Of a DNA stretch of 64,000 nt, positions 1 through 11,272 are shown piece after piece. A program made the translations under genes and the position numbers. This DNA is from Anaerohalosphaeraceae bacterium (GTDB taxonomy: Bacteria > Planctomycetota > Phycisphaerae > Sedimentisphaerales > Anaerohalosphaeraceae), in NCBI GenBank assembly GCA_963675525.2, contig CAXXSL010000016.1, forward strand, positions 512,001 through 576,000, given 5' to 3'. The notes under the pieces were generated by a model, which saw nothing but the letters and a program-made list of their open reading frames with translations, made no database searches and had not been told where the DNA came from. Positions within the stretch are counted from its first letter, which is position 1. Each line of letters begins with the position of its first letter.

Positions 1-3000
1 TGACATTTGCCGAACCCAGCGTAGGAACAGTCAGATGCCACCGGCCATCGCCAAGCCGACCGATCGACAGATCATCCAACTGAGCGCCGAACACAACAGA
101 ATCAACGACCGTCCCCGCAGGATCCCGCAGGGTGAGATCGTCACCATCCGCATCGATGTTGAAGCCGGTATGTATCCCAGAGGGGAGACTGTTCGAGTCA
201 GCATAGACAACCAGATAATCGCCGGGATTCATGATCGTTCCCGCAGCAAAGACAAACTTATCCGGCAGGTCATTGTTATCGGTTATCCGATAGCCGTCCA
301 GATCAAGCGAACTGGCACCGTCATAGTATAGTTCGATGCTATCCGAGTTAACGGCCATGATTTCATTGATCTGCACAACTTTCCAAGACGTATCAACGGT
401 CCATGCTCTGACCGTTGCGTCAGCGGTGTCTTGCCAGACGCCGGCGTAGTTCTTGCCGACGACTTCCAGGGTATGTCCGCTCTGCGATAGACCGCTCAGT
501 GCAAGCGGCGTATCGACCGTTTGCTCGGTGGAACTCCATGAACCGCTGTCCAACCGCCACTTGTAATGGGTGATGCCGGGACCGGCAATCGTGAATGTTA
601 TATTCGTCCGGGGGATTGTCATATCCTGTTGGCCGGAGATGGAAGCATCGGCAGAAACATGCATTCCCATGTCAATCCCGTTAACTCCGGTGCCGATTGC
701 CGCCGAATCGCTCTTGAGGGTAAAATCGTTTTCGTCGTCGACAAAAACCGCCTCTTCGCTGATGATGTTGCCGCTGCCGAGGAACTGAGCCGGAATATTA
801 TCGGTAATGAGCGAATATTCCACTGTTAGATCCGTGGTGCCGAAGTAAACACCGATCGGATTAGCGGTATTGTAGAAGATATTGCCCGCCATGTATGCGC
901 CATCGCCCGGATCCCCCGATTCAAGCGGCTCGCGGAAATTGACGCCGACATTGCAATTGACCACGGTGTTGTTTTGGAAGTTGATCCATGACTGGTCCTT
1001 GACAAGGGCTGCGTTGTCACAATCAATAAAGAGATTGCGAACGATCATATGGCTGGACGTGTTGCTGCCGTCATAACCGCTGGTGATACCGTAGGACTCG
1101 CCGTTTTCGGCCGGGAAGTTCCGGTGGAAGTTCATGAATGTATTGCCGGCAATAAAGGCATGTGTTCCGTCCAGGTCCAGACCGTCATCGCCGCCGCCCA
1201 GGAAGACATTGTTGATAAACTGTGGTACGGGCGTGGAGCCGCTGACTGTGCAGTCCAGGACGTCCTTCTTGGTCCCCGTGTGAACACCGAAGATATTGCC
1301 CTCAAATGTAAGGTATGGATTTGCTGCTAAGAGCAGGTGGCCGGAAACACTCTGGTCAGCTGTATTATCGGGAAATACGCAGTTTCGTACAATCACCGAG
1401 GACGATTCGAGCTGCAAAATGACCTCATTGGTCTGCGACCATGTCATGCCGTCCAGCAGTGCCCTTGAACTGTCCAGGCGAATGGACTCAGAAGCCGAAC
1501 TGGACTTTCGCATGTCAACACAGACCAGTTGGTTGTCCTGATTGCTGCTGCTGAAGCGAATGCCTCCCCATGAAGCCGAGGCGGCGGGGTCACCCACAAG
1601 GCTGATTCTGTTGAATTCCGTACCTTCGGCGATCAATCGCCCGGTAACCGTCAGGCGAACGCCGCTGCTGAAATAGACCGTTGCACCCGGCTGAATCGTC
1701 AGGGTGCTGCCGGCCGGCACGGTCATACTCGATGCAATACGCCAGGGACCGGATGCCGCACTCAGGACGATATTTCCTGTAAGACTCGACACGTTGGCAA
1801 CAGAGCCGTCATCGTACCAGATATCGACAGATTCTTTGTAGACGCTGTCGCCGCCGCCGTTTGCATGCTCAAAGGCTTCGACAATTATCGAGTTGATACC
1901 CGGGTTAAGCGATACACCGCTGATCGACCATGTGCCGTTTTTCTGGTCCCAATTGGCATCAGAAACAAGCTGGTTGTCGACACGCATGGATCGTGCCATC
2001 GCCGCGTTAAATGTACCGGAAAGACTCAGCGTGCTGCTGGTCGTACGAGGATAGCCGTTCTGTACTGACGGGGTAACGATTGTGAACTGCTGCTCGATCT
2101 GGTCAAGGATCTGGCCCGTACCGTTTTGCCTGAAGACCACAAATTGCTTCATGTCACTGAGTTTAGTCGACGGTATATTTTCTTTGTCGCCGAGAACCAT
2201 ATCGACCAGCGGATCGAATTCTTCGGGTGAGTAGGCGGTATCGATCAGTTCGAAGAACGTACTGTAGTACCGTTGGAGAACGTCCTTATTGTTGATCAAT
2301 CGATGGATTCCTTCGAGACGGTCCTTGTCAACCGTAAAGATGCTTGTCATATCTTTACCTCCGCCTCCCTCGTCCAGTAAAGAACCCAGATCATGGGGCA
2401 TAAGGCGGAATCGCGTGTCGATGCCCGCCCGATACATCGTATAATCATCACCCATTCCATAGCTGAAACCGGCTTCTTGATTGCCGCACAGATAATCGGT
2501 TGCCAGATAGCGCAGCCATTGGTCCGCATCGACAACTTCCTCAGCCAATGCGAGGAACTCGTCTTCCGTACCCGCAGAATCCATGAGTATATCGATAAGA
2601 TTGAACAAATCACTCCAATCCTGCTCGCTCCCATTGGTCTCTTTCATATAGTTTTCCCAATAATCTGCAGGATCGCGGTAAGGAGCCGTTCCGTGGTGTT
2701 CCAGGTCGGCATAGGTCCTGTCACTCAAGTCGTCGAGCCAGTGGTAAGTGCACCGATAGATATTGCCGTCCGGGTCGTCCGGGAAATTATTTGCGGCCCA
2801 TTCGCTATTGTAGGATTCCAGCGCAGCATAATAGCCGTACATTTCGTACAAATCCGGATCGGGGCCTTCGATGGCCAGGTTCAGACCGTTGACTTTAAGT
2901 TCAACAAGGTTACACGTCGGCGTGGGCATGCCGGCCATCTTCCAAATCGCGCTGCCCATCGCCTGAACATATGGATATTTGCTGTTAAGATTCAGTGCCG

Positions 3001-4945
3001 TCACTTTCTTCCACGCGTCATCCTGTCGGAAACCGATATGGTAATTCATTGGCGGTTCGGAGCGGCTCGAATTGCCGCGGTTCCGAACGCCCACGGTGTA
3101 TCGGGTTTTGGTATCTACGCCATCGATGGAAATAAAAGTCGCATTCACGTTGGCATTACTTTCACTTTCGGCGGTACGCTCGTCACCGGTGGGTGAGGTA
3201 TCGTTGCCGATATCATAGAGCCGGGCGCGTTCGGACTCCGTCATGATGATAAAGTACCGCGGTACGGCACCGGGTGTCCAGGCCGCAACGGCATCAAATG
3301 TATCATCCACCTGGTAAAGGCAGTTGGCCACCTGCTGCGGGGTGCCGTCGACATCGCACGCCGCCGGCCAGGTCCGTGCATTGGCACCGGCATCGGTTGC
3401 CTTGATAAAGAATTCGATAATTTTATTGTCAGCTTTCGCCGGTATGAATGCCCCGTAAACACCATCGCCGGGTTGTCCGTCTCCATGAAGCCCATCGTCC
3501 AGCATGGTTTCGGTTGTGTAGCTTCCCGCGTTATAGGTTGGATAGACCGCCTGATTGTAGGTTGACGTGTCGAGACGCCAATGCAGAACGACGGAAACAC
3601 CGGCAAGGTTTTCATCGGTTACTTCGGCTGTTACCGTCACGGCCTGAGACGCTGTCGGAATGACCGGCGATTGATCGACATCCAGAACAATCGGCGCCAG
3701 ATCGAAGACCGTATAATCGTTGGCCGCTCCGGGAGTGCCGCCGATGGTATCGCCGGCCTGCCAGTTGCCTCCGTATTCATTGGACACGGAGGTGCATATC
3801 AGCTCCAGCGAATATCCGCCGCCGTCATGAGCATTGGACCATTGCCAGCCGCGATGGTAATAATCCACCGGGCCAAGAATACGCTGGCCCCATTCGCCTT
3901 CATCATAATAGTGAACAGCGTCGATCTCAGTTCCGATCGTATTGACCAGTGTGATCTTCTCGCCCTTATTGGTCAGCTTTCCGGTCCATCCGCCTACATA
4001 ATTTGTGACACTCGGATAAGCCGTATGGAAAGCTGTCTCATTGGCAGCAATAACCATATAGCCACCGGCAGCGATCCGGGTATTAGCAGGCATTTGGTAT
4101 TGAACACCATCTACCAAACGCCATCCGCCAAGATCAACCTCGCTGGTTCCGGTATTGTAAAGCTCGATGTACTCCAACTCAATCGGCTCCGGCTCAAACG
4201 CCGCTTCGTCATGGCCGGGGTGATACATGATTTCATTGATGAGAATGCCGGTATCAGCCGACTCACCACCGTTGGACCATCCGGGGGTGGCGGTTCCATT
4301 ATCAAACGTCTGCCATCCCGCCCCGCCGTTCGGATAGCGCCCATACGATTCATCTTCGTTCTGGTTGCCGAACGTAATGGCATCAATCTGGGTCCCCTGG
4401 CTGTCAAAGAAACCGATTGCTTCACCACCTGCACCCAGCCCGAAGCTGGCATGTGTTGGGCCTTGTGTGGTATCGCCGTCCGCCCAGATGATCAGGTAGT
4501 CGCCCGGTTGAATCGTTGTTTGCGTTGGAGCATTAGTCGGTATCTGCCACATATTCGGGATGCTAAGCGTATCCGTTAAATACATGCCGCCGATATCAAC
4601 CGATGTTGTGTCGGGGTTGTAGATTTCAATCCAGTCGGGATAGGCGCCCGCTTCGTCAGGATCCTCAATCGTCTCTGCATTATCCGCCATAAATTCGTTG
4701 ATCACCAGTCGGTAACCAACCTCTCCCCAATGGTCCGCAAGAATCGAAAAATCATCGAAGTCCACTCTTCCGAGCCCATCGAAATTCGCATTGCCAGCGG
4801 GTTCATTCAGCCAGAAGTCCGAAAATACAACCAAATCTCCCAGACCGACCGAGCAATTCCCATCAAGATCGCCTACTGGACAGGCGGCAACACATAATGC
4901 CCCGACCGAAATCAATGCACATAATAAAATGAATCGACAAAACAT
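1..4945 (-). CDS. Large secreted CotH-kinase-family / lamin-tail-domain protein with N-terminal dockerin-like pair and probable beta-helix; runs off the left edge
   Basis: Absent from the ORF track, consistent with no stop in the window. I translated it by hand at the start, middle and end, all in one frame: ATG 4945 MFCRFILLCALISVGALCVAACPVGDLDGNCSVGLGDL; lamin-tail LVINEFMADN...DWIEIYN; CotH-like RNRGNSSR, YAALESYNSEWAANNFPDDPDGNIYRC, FRLMPHDL; lamin-tail end SIGRLGDGRWHLTVPTLGSAN at the edge. Confidence 0.82.
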   Translation of the reverse strand, partial: MFCRFILLCALISVGALCVAACPVGDLDGNCSVGLGDLVVFSDFWLNEPAGNANFDGLGRVDFDDFSILADHWGEVGYRLVINEFMADNAETIEDPDEAGAYPDWIEIYNPDTTSVDIGGMYLTDTLSIPNMWQIPTNAPTQTTIQPGDYLIIWADGDTTQGPTHASFGLGAGGEAIGFFDSQGTQIDAITFGNQNEDESYGRYPNGGAGWQTFDNGTATPGWSNGGESADTGILINEIMYHPGHDEAAFEPEPIELEYIELYNTGTSEVDLGGWRLVDGVQYQMPANTRIAAGGYMVIAANETAFHTAYPSVTNYVGGWTGKLTNKGEKITLVNTIGTEIDAVHYYDEGEWGQRILGPVDYYHRGWQWSNAHDGGGYSLELICTSVSNEYGGNWQAGDTIGGTPGAANDYTVFDLAPIVLDVDQSPVIPTASQAVTVTAEVTDENLAGVSVVLHWRLDTSTYNQAVYPTYNAGSYTTETMLDDGLHGDGQPGDGVYGAFIPAKADNKIIEFFIKATDAGANARTWPAACDVDGTPQQVANCLYQVDDTFDAVAAWTPGAVPRYFIIMTESERARLYDIGNDTSPTGDERTAESESNANVNATFISIDGVDTKTRYTVGVRNRGNSSRSEPPMNYHIGFRQDDAWKKVTALNLNSKYPYVQAMGSAIWKMAGMPTPTCNLVELKVNGLNLAIEGPDPDLYEMYGYYAALESYNSEWAANNFPDDPDGNIYRCTYHWLDDLSDRTYADLEHHGTAPYRDPADYWENYMKETNGSEQDWSDLFNLIDILMDSAGTEDEFLALAEEVVDADQWLRYLATDYLCGNQEAGFSYGMGDDYTMYRAGIDTRFRLMPHDLGSLLDEGGGGKDMTSIFTVDKDRLEGIHRLINNKDVLQRYYSTFFELIDTAYSPEEFDPLVDMVLGDKENIPSTKLSDMKQFVVFRQNGTGQILDQIEQQFTIVTPSVQNGYPRTTSSTLSLSGTFNAAMARSMRVDNQLVSDANWDQKNGTWSISGVSLNPGINSIIVEAFEHANGGGDSVYKESVDIWYDDGSVANVSSLTGNIVLSAASGPWRIASSMTVPAGSTLTIQPGATVYFSSGVRLTVTGRLIAEGTEFNRISLVGDPAASASWGGIRFSSSNQDNQLVCVDMRKSSSASESIRLDSSRALLDGMTWSQTNEVILQLESSSVIVRNCVFPDNTADQSVSGHLLLAANPYLTFEGNIFGVHTGTKKDVLDCTVSGSTPVPQFINNVFLGGGDDGLDLDGTHAFIAGNTFMNFHRNFPAENGESYGITSGYDGSNTSSHMIVRNLFIDCDNAALVKDQSWINFQNNTVVNCNVGVNFREPLESGDPGDGAYMAGNIFYNTANPIGVYFGTTDLTVEYSLITDNIPAQFLGSGNIISEEAVFVDDENDFTLKSDSAAIGTGVNGIDMGMHVSADASISGQQDMTIPRTNITFTIAGPGITHYKWRLDSGSWSSTEQTVDTPLALSGLSQSGHTLEVVGKNYAGVWQDTADATVRAWTVDTSWKVVQINEIMAVNSDSIELYYDGASSLDLDGYRITDNNDLPDKFVFAAGTIMNPGDYLVVYADSNSLPSGIHTGFNIDADGDDLTLRDPAGTVVDSVVFGAQLDDLSIGRLGDGRWHLTVPTLGSANV

Positions 4946-5553
4946 CTAATCCTCGTAATTAAGGTGATGGTACCCTCAGACCTCCGATTATTTCTAGTTA
5001 GACGGAACGACACATACCTCAGCTATGATAGCAGAAACGGGCATAAAAATCAACAGAAACCCCCTTTCTGGAGAAACAAGTTGGAGTACTCATTTATTGG
5101 GTCAGTTTGGAAGGTAAAATGGATCGGTCCTACCCTTGTGGAAAGTCAACGGTATGCCAAATCGCGTGCCACCCCTCTCTTTCCACATAACACCCATCTG
5201 TCCCATTTCTAATAACGGGATACACTAACGGCTAATATGGAACTACATATGTGAATCGGTTTTTTTTCTGCTTTTTCACCTTTTTCTCATCTTCTATTAC
5301 ACGAACTGCTTCGACGATGAATCGCTCTGATATTCGTGGATTAGTTCACTCAGTGAACCAGTGCCGACATTTAAATTTTTCGTCGCAAGCCTTGCTTTCT
5401 TTATAACCGCCGCGTAAGCAGCTACCAATATTTTCCGTGGGGATTTGGGCATCGTGCTCATTCTCGATTCTATACAGGAATAAACACGGTGGCGTAAAAC
5501 TAAAATAAAAGATTTTCAACCTTTTCTACTGAGCCGGTTTAAATTAATTACGA

Positions 5554-8500
5554 TCAATACGTACCCTGCATCCACCATCCGAGGAATATCAGCAGGTCAT
5601 CCATATTGATCTGACCATCCAAAACTAAATCCGTCGGACGCGGCGGATCGGGAATCTGGCTATAAGGGTCGCCTTCGGACAGCCACAGCATTTCGTCAGA
5701 ATTGAGTACCGCATCGTAAATTCGCACCTCGTCGATTTGACCGTCCCAACTCCGATCGCTTAATCTGCCGAGACGACTGCCGATATAGACAGGATCGCTT
5801 GAAGTCCTGAGTGCCGCCCCGCCGGTCGAAGCCGATGCGTCCAGTTGGCCGTCAACATACAGGCGGATCTGATCACTGCCGTTATAGACAGCCATCAGAT
5901 GGTGCCATTCGTTATCCAACACATTCGTCACGCCATTGGCTTGAAATTCAGCACCACCATCGGCCGGATTAAAATGAAATGCTATTTCGTTGCCAGTGCC
6001 CCAATTATTACGAATCAATCGCCATGCAGTAAGCCCCTTGGCAATAACACAGGCCCAGTCATTAGTTTGGCCGTTGCTTTTAATCCATGCTGAGATGGTG
6101 CAACCGCCGGTTAAGTTTATACCGGTACTACTGGCACAGTCTAAAGCACTGGCTCCGTCAAAATCAACCGATTGTCCGATATGACCCGGATTCACAAATG
6201 AAAGAGTTCCGCCTATCGCCGCGGCATTATGGTTTCCGGTCGCGTCGTCATAATTGCCGTCTAAAGAGTAGTATACGACTAAATTCACAGTTCCCGGATC
6301 GGTCGGTGTAACGGTTTCGATATAATTATCCTGCCACTGGCTTGCAATTTCCACAAAATCGTAATTGTTAACGACACAATCAGGTTGGCCTACAGGACCG
6401 CTGAAGTCGGAGCTATAGCCGCAACCAATACTCCTCATAAAAGTACAATCATCAGGATCTCCGGTGACGCTGAAATTCCAGACGCAACTGTCTTCACATT
6501 GATTCCCGCCGGAGGTACCGACCGCTACAATATCATTATCACCTGACCCAAGAACAACGCCTGAATCCCACTGGAAGATACAGTCGGCTCCGGTTTTCGT
6601 TCCCAGCGAAGCGCCATTAACAAAAAGCTCAACCGTATCACAGTTCGAGTAGATCCTGATATAGGGCGGACATTCATCAACCCGCGGCGTAAATCGTCTG
6701 CTGGTGATATAAACCATCGGTTCGGTCGTCCAATTGGCTTTATACCAATAAAACGAATCTTTTTTAACGGCGCGGTCCCGTGTGACCATACCCTTGTCAT
6801 TGAGTCCGGGCTGGCTTCCTTCATTGCGGCTGTCCACAGCAAAATCAAAACCGTTCCAGATCGTCTTGCACCACAGCCACGGACGTGCCTTCATGGCAAC
6901 CCAATAAACCTCATGATAATAGGATTGATATTCTTCGGGATGAAACGGGTCGGAAGGTCCCGGGTATACCGGCGGAACCTGATGCTGAAAAACGTTGGCA
7001 CCGGCGCCGTATTCGGTGATCCCGATCGCATCAGTGGGACGGCCGGCATGAATGCCGTCGGCCCACGGGGCAAAGCCTTCCGGACTGCTGCCGTACCAGC
7101 CCATGTATCGATTATACGCAAGCGTATCGGTAACATAAGACCAGGCGGCATAATCGCCGGTATTATTGTGCGCACACGTCGTCGGACGCGTCGGATCCTC
7201 CGCATGAGCCAGATCATTCAATTCCCCGATCAGGACTTCAGAGCCGCTGGTGGTCAGTTCATTATAGAGCAGCCAGAAAAAGACTGAGGGGTGATTGTAG
7301 TTCTGACGGATCAGTTCCCGGAGCTGGTCCTTGCAGTTATCCGCAAATGCCGTGGAAGAAGTATCGATGCTATCAACAATCGGAATTTCCGTCGAAATAA
7401 CGATTCCACTCTCATCGCAAAGGTCGTAGAACTTTTCGGCATGCTGATAGTGGCTCGGACGGATCCAGGTGCACCCCATCTCCAGCATTAGAGCATTGTC
7501 CTGCTCGCGGTCGGCATCGCTGATCGCCCGGCTCTTATCTCTCCTGTCTTCATGCATCGCAACGCCACGCAGGTCAAGATACGCACCGTTCAGGAAGAAG
7601 CCGTTGTCCGGATCCACGGAAAAATAACGAAACCCCAACGGCTGTTCGACCGAATCAACAACAACGCTGCCAACTTCCACTTCGGTAATGACTTTATACA
7701 GATACGGGTCAAGCCGGCCGTTCCACAAATGCGGATTGCTGATCGTGGTGTTCTGTGTGACCGTTTGAGTCGTACCGGCCGATATCCCCTGTGTCGTTGT
7801 CAGGGTGTCGATCAGCGTGTCAGCCGCATCGTATATCGTTGCCCGAACGGTTACTGACTGCATACTTGTTTCGGTATTTCGAACTTTTACTTTAACCTCA
7901 AGGTCAGCCGAGGACGCGCTGACATTGGTTGGCGTCAGATAAACACCGGGAGAGGCATAATCCAGCAAGGTGATATGAACCGGGTCGGTAATAATCACGT
8001 GAACCTTCCGGCAGATGCCGCCAACCTTATTGAAATCGCCGGATCGCGGTATGATATTGAGAGAGCTGACGGAGCTGGTACCGGCATTATCCGCCCTGAC
8101 TGCGATCACGTTGTCGGCGCCAAAGTTGACTTGATCGGTAATATCGTAACAGAACGCTGCATAGCCGCCCAGATGATTGCCCACTAGTGTGCCGTTGCAA
8201 TAGACATGGGCCTTTTGTCCAACGGATTCCAGAAACAAATAGATGCGCTTGCCGGAATACTGCGAACCGATGCTGATGTGTTTGCGATACCAGCCGAAAC
8301 CGCGTGCGTAATTGCTGCCTCCGTCCTGCCCGTCAAAGGCATTCCATGTATGGGGCAGGTCAACCGTGCTCCATGAGGAATCATTAAAACCGACAGCCTC
8401 GGCGCCAGTGCCGGCGCTGCTGCCATAATAAGAGAAACGCCATTGGTCATTAATGGATGTATCATCCACACGATTTGCCCATCCATAACCACTCAGCACT

Positions 8501-8565
8501 AAAACGGACAACAAAAAGAGGCCTGGCCCAAAACCGGAAATCTCTCGTTTTCTGCGGCTACACAT
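5554..8565 (-). CDS. Secreted GH2 glycoside hydrolase (beta-galactosidase-like) with C-terminal LamG and dockerin-like repeats
   Basis: Signal peptide; VDLPHTWN, GFRYFSVD, GVAMHED, HYQH, WLLYNEL and ITEYGAG GH2 motifs; LamG motifs WHHLMAVY and GQIDEVRIYD. Confidence 0.9.
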   Translation of the reverse strand: MCSRRKREISGFGPGLFLLSVLVLSGYGWANRVDDTSINDQWRFSYYGSSAGTGAEAVGFNDSSWSTVDLPHTWNAFDGQDGGSNYARGFGWYRKHISIGSQYSGKRIYLFLESVGQKAHVYCNGTLVGNHLGGYAAFCYDITDQVNFGADNVIAVRADNAGTSSVSSLNIIPRSGDFNKVGGICRKVHVIITDPVHITLLDYASPGVYLTPTNVSASSADLEVKVKVRNTETSMQSVTVRATIYDAADTLIDTLTTTQGISAGTTQTVTQNTTISNPHLWNGRLDPYLYKVITEVEVGSVVVDSVEQPLGFRYFSVDPDNGFFLNGAYLDLRGVAMHEDRRDKSRAISDADREQDNALMLEMGCTWIRPSHYQHAEKFYDLCDESGIVISTEIPIVDSIDTSSTAFADNCKDQLRELIRQNYNHPSVFFWLLYNELTTSGSEVLIGELNDLAHAEDPTRPTTCAHNNTGDYAAWSYVTDTLAYNRYMGWYGSSPEGFAPWADGIHAGRPTDAIGITEYGAGANVFQHQVPPVYPGPSDPFHPEEYQSYYHEVYWVAMKARPWLWCKTIWNGFDFAVDSRNEGSQPGLNDKGMVTRDRAVKKDSFYWYKANWTTEPMVYITSRRFTPRVDECPPYIRIYSNCDTVELFVNGASLGTKTGADCIFQWDSGVVLGSGDNDIVAVGTSGGNQCEDSCVWNFSVTGDPDDCTFMRSIGCGYSSDFSGPVGQPDCVVNNYDFVEIASQWQDNYIETVTPTDPGTVNLVVYYSLDGNYDDATGNHNAAAIGGTLSFVNPGHIGQSVDFDGASALDCASSTGINLTGGCTISAWIKSNGQTNDWACVIAKGLTAWRLIRNNWGTGNEIAFHFNPADGGAEFQANGVTNVLDNEWHHLMAVYNGSDQIRLYVDGQLDASASTGGAALRTSSDPVYIGSRLGRLSDRSWDGQIDEVRIYDAVLNSDEMLWLSEGDPYSQIPDPPRPTDLVLDGQINMDDLLIFLGWWMQGTY

Positions 8566-8664
8566 CAATACATCCCCTTATATAAACATTCGACATCTTC
8601 GCCATCCAATACAATATATCAGATTCGGTTTTCGATCGGTTATTAGAAATATGTTTTTAAAAAA

Positions 8665-11186
8665 TTACGGCCAGTGCGTATCCTGTGTCCATTTTTCGAG
8701 AAATTTTAACAGATCAGCCAGATTAATCGTACCATCCAACACCAAATCGGTCGGACGCGGATCCGGAATCTGTGAATAGGTTCCCGCCTCGGCGAGAAAA
8801 AGCATATTAGCCGGAGTTAGAACGGTACTATAGATCCGCACATCGTCCATCAGGCCGTTAAAAGCTTCGCCGGGGGTACCATCACTCCCATTGTTTCCGA
8901 TATGAGCCTCGCCTGATTGTATGTCAGATAAGCCGGAGTAAGTTCCCGAAGATTTCAGCAAACCATTGACATAAACCTGATAATTTACACCATCCCAGGT
9001 CAATGCGGCATGTGTCCAATCTTCTGTCGGCAATGAATAGTTGTTGGTGCTTAGAAGATGCGTATTTCCCAACCCCGCATCCAGTTCGGTATTACCATTA
9101 TCCAAATAAAGCTGGATACGGTTACCCCATACAGGGATTGTCGTGTGGCCAAAAATATACCGCGTTGACGGTGATGACTGCGACCCTTCCGGACGAAGCC
9201 ACATCGCTACGGTGCCCGCCCCGGCCGATAATCCCGTTGTTGGGATTTCCATACGACTGCCGGTATTCAACGGTCCGGCAAAACGTACGGCACCGCCGTA
9301 TTTACCACTGAATTGCTCCCACGTTGTTCCACTTCGGAATCTTCCATTATAGGCTTGCGCAACAGAGTCATAAGCATAATCGTCAACGCTTACGTCTTCA
9401 AATGCCCAATATGCGGTCAAATCAGCCGTCCCGGGGTCAAGCGGCGTAACAGTTTCGGCATACTCATCCATCCACTGGGCGGCCATGACCGCAAAATCCA
9501 ACAGATTGATCTTACAATCCGAAACAAAATCTTCTTGCACTGTGACACACTGCCCCGAAAACAAGCGGATGTTGTCAATTCGGATCGTTCCCTGTCCTGT
9601 CGCAGAAGAAGCACCCGGCGTACCAACACCAATCGTCAGCTTACTGATCTGAGCCGGATTTATGCCTGTAAAGTCTGGCAACGGAAATGCCAACTCCATC
9701 CATTCCGCGGTTTGCACCACATTCGGTTCGGTCATAATCTGTATCGCAGAATCCATGTCGGCGTCTTCCAGACGCACGTACATTTGTTCGGCTGTATTTG
9801 CGGCATTGCCGCGTACCAGAACAGACAGATAATAAGCATTATTGGCCGTAAAATCTTTCGGTGAGGCAAACGTATAGGTTGTTTCTGAACGATACGGAGA
9901 CTGGTCGTTGTGATAGGTCAGTTCCATAAAGTTGTCGCCGTAGTCACCGAGCGCTACCTGAGATGAGGTACCGTTGGTGCTGCCGTCAGCCCAAGCCGCC
10001 TCTAAAGCGGCATCGTTTGTATACGATTCAAAATACTCAATGGAATTCGGGTCCTGACTCAATAGATACTTCTGTACTTCGCTGCCGGCCAGCAGATAGG
10101 CGCCCACACCGAAAACATCCGTTGTCGTAGCAGTGGTGCCCGTTGGGCCCGCACCCACAGGCTGAACCCAGCCTAACAGACCGCTGGGCTGTACCGCCAA
10201 CTTCAGGGCGTCCCAGCCGGCTTCAACCGTCGGCCAGTAAGTGGCGGCATCCAGATAACCATTGTTGATACCCCAGGCGATACGAAGGTAAAAAAGCCCG
10301 TACCGCTACTTTCCGGATTATCATAGCACGCAGGACCCAGCAGATCGGAATACCAATAGCCGTCAGGCTGCTGAATATCCCTGAGCTTGCCGGACAGTTC
10401 CTGCAGAAGGATAATATATCCCGGACGATTGGGGTCGTCCAACGGCAAATACTGAAGCGTCCGTGCTGTTCCGGCCAGCACCCAGCCGTTACCGCGAGAC
10501 CAGAACATCTTATCACCATTGCAATTTTGCGTGCCGGGATAGAAATAATTGATATCACGGAAAAACAGATGCTCTGTCGTATCATACAAACAGTCCTGTG
10601 TATCTTCCCACATCATATGCATGAAATTTGTATAAATCGGATCACCTGTTGCCCGGCTCAGCCGCACCAGTGCCGGCGGTGCCATGAACAACGCATCGCA
10701 CCACCACCAGTAGTCGCTACCGGTTCCACTACATGTATATTCCGGCCAAAGAGCGACATGATCATCGCTTTGGTCCTTAAAATCCTGATATCGAAACGAA
10801 TCCTGTTCGTCGAGAAAATATAATTCCTGATACGCCTGTGCGCAGGCCATGTTGTCAGCATGATTCGAAGAATTCCATCCAAGCTGCCAGTTGAATTTCT
10901 CGGCCCATTCGCGACATTTAATGAGATAGGTTTCGTCCTTCGTCGCCTCATAACAGGCCATCAGGCCGGCATGGAGAGCCCCTCGTTCCCAACTGACCGA
11001 ACTGTCCCATGAACTCTGTGTCAGTTGCCAGTCAGCCACTGTTTTCATCCAGTCGATCGTATCATTACTGATGTCCGAAGCCGGACGAACACCCGTCTGC
11101 CCAAAAACAGGAAAACTCATCACAAAAACAATCAGACAGAACAAAAACAGATGCAGATAAGTGTGTTTTTTCAAAACAATTCGCAT
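8665..11186 (-). pseudogene. GH105/GH88 unsaturated uronyl hydrolase + CBM-like + LamG + dockerin-like, split by a 1-bp deletion near 10283
   Basis: HADNMAC, WWWCDALFMAPP, FWSRGNGW and ESSGTGFF in ORF 10203-11210. The family sequence continues in the -1 frame as IAWGINNGYLD...GWDALKLAVQPSGLLGWVQP, joining ORF 8665-10200. Confidence 0.88.
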
Positions 11187-11272
11187 TATCCAAGAAACTC
11201 CTTGGCACATATATTGTTAAAAATAATCTACCACTTCAACTATCAGACACGCACGTCCTTTTTTATAATCGG

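Noticed and set aside
35..4579. Plus-strand ORFs such as 2393-3196 and 3581-4579
   Set aside because: Antisense shadows of the CotH gene
10284..10296. Programmed -1 frameshift in GH105
   Set aside because: Slippage at the T run gives FYLRIAW, a worse family match than FTFGIAW from a simple G loss
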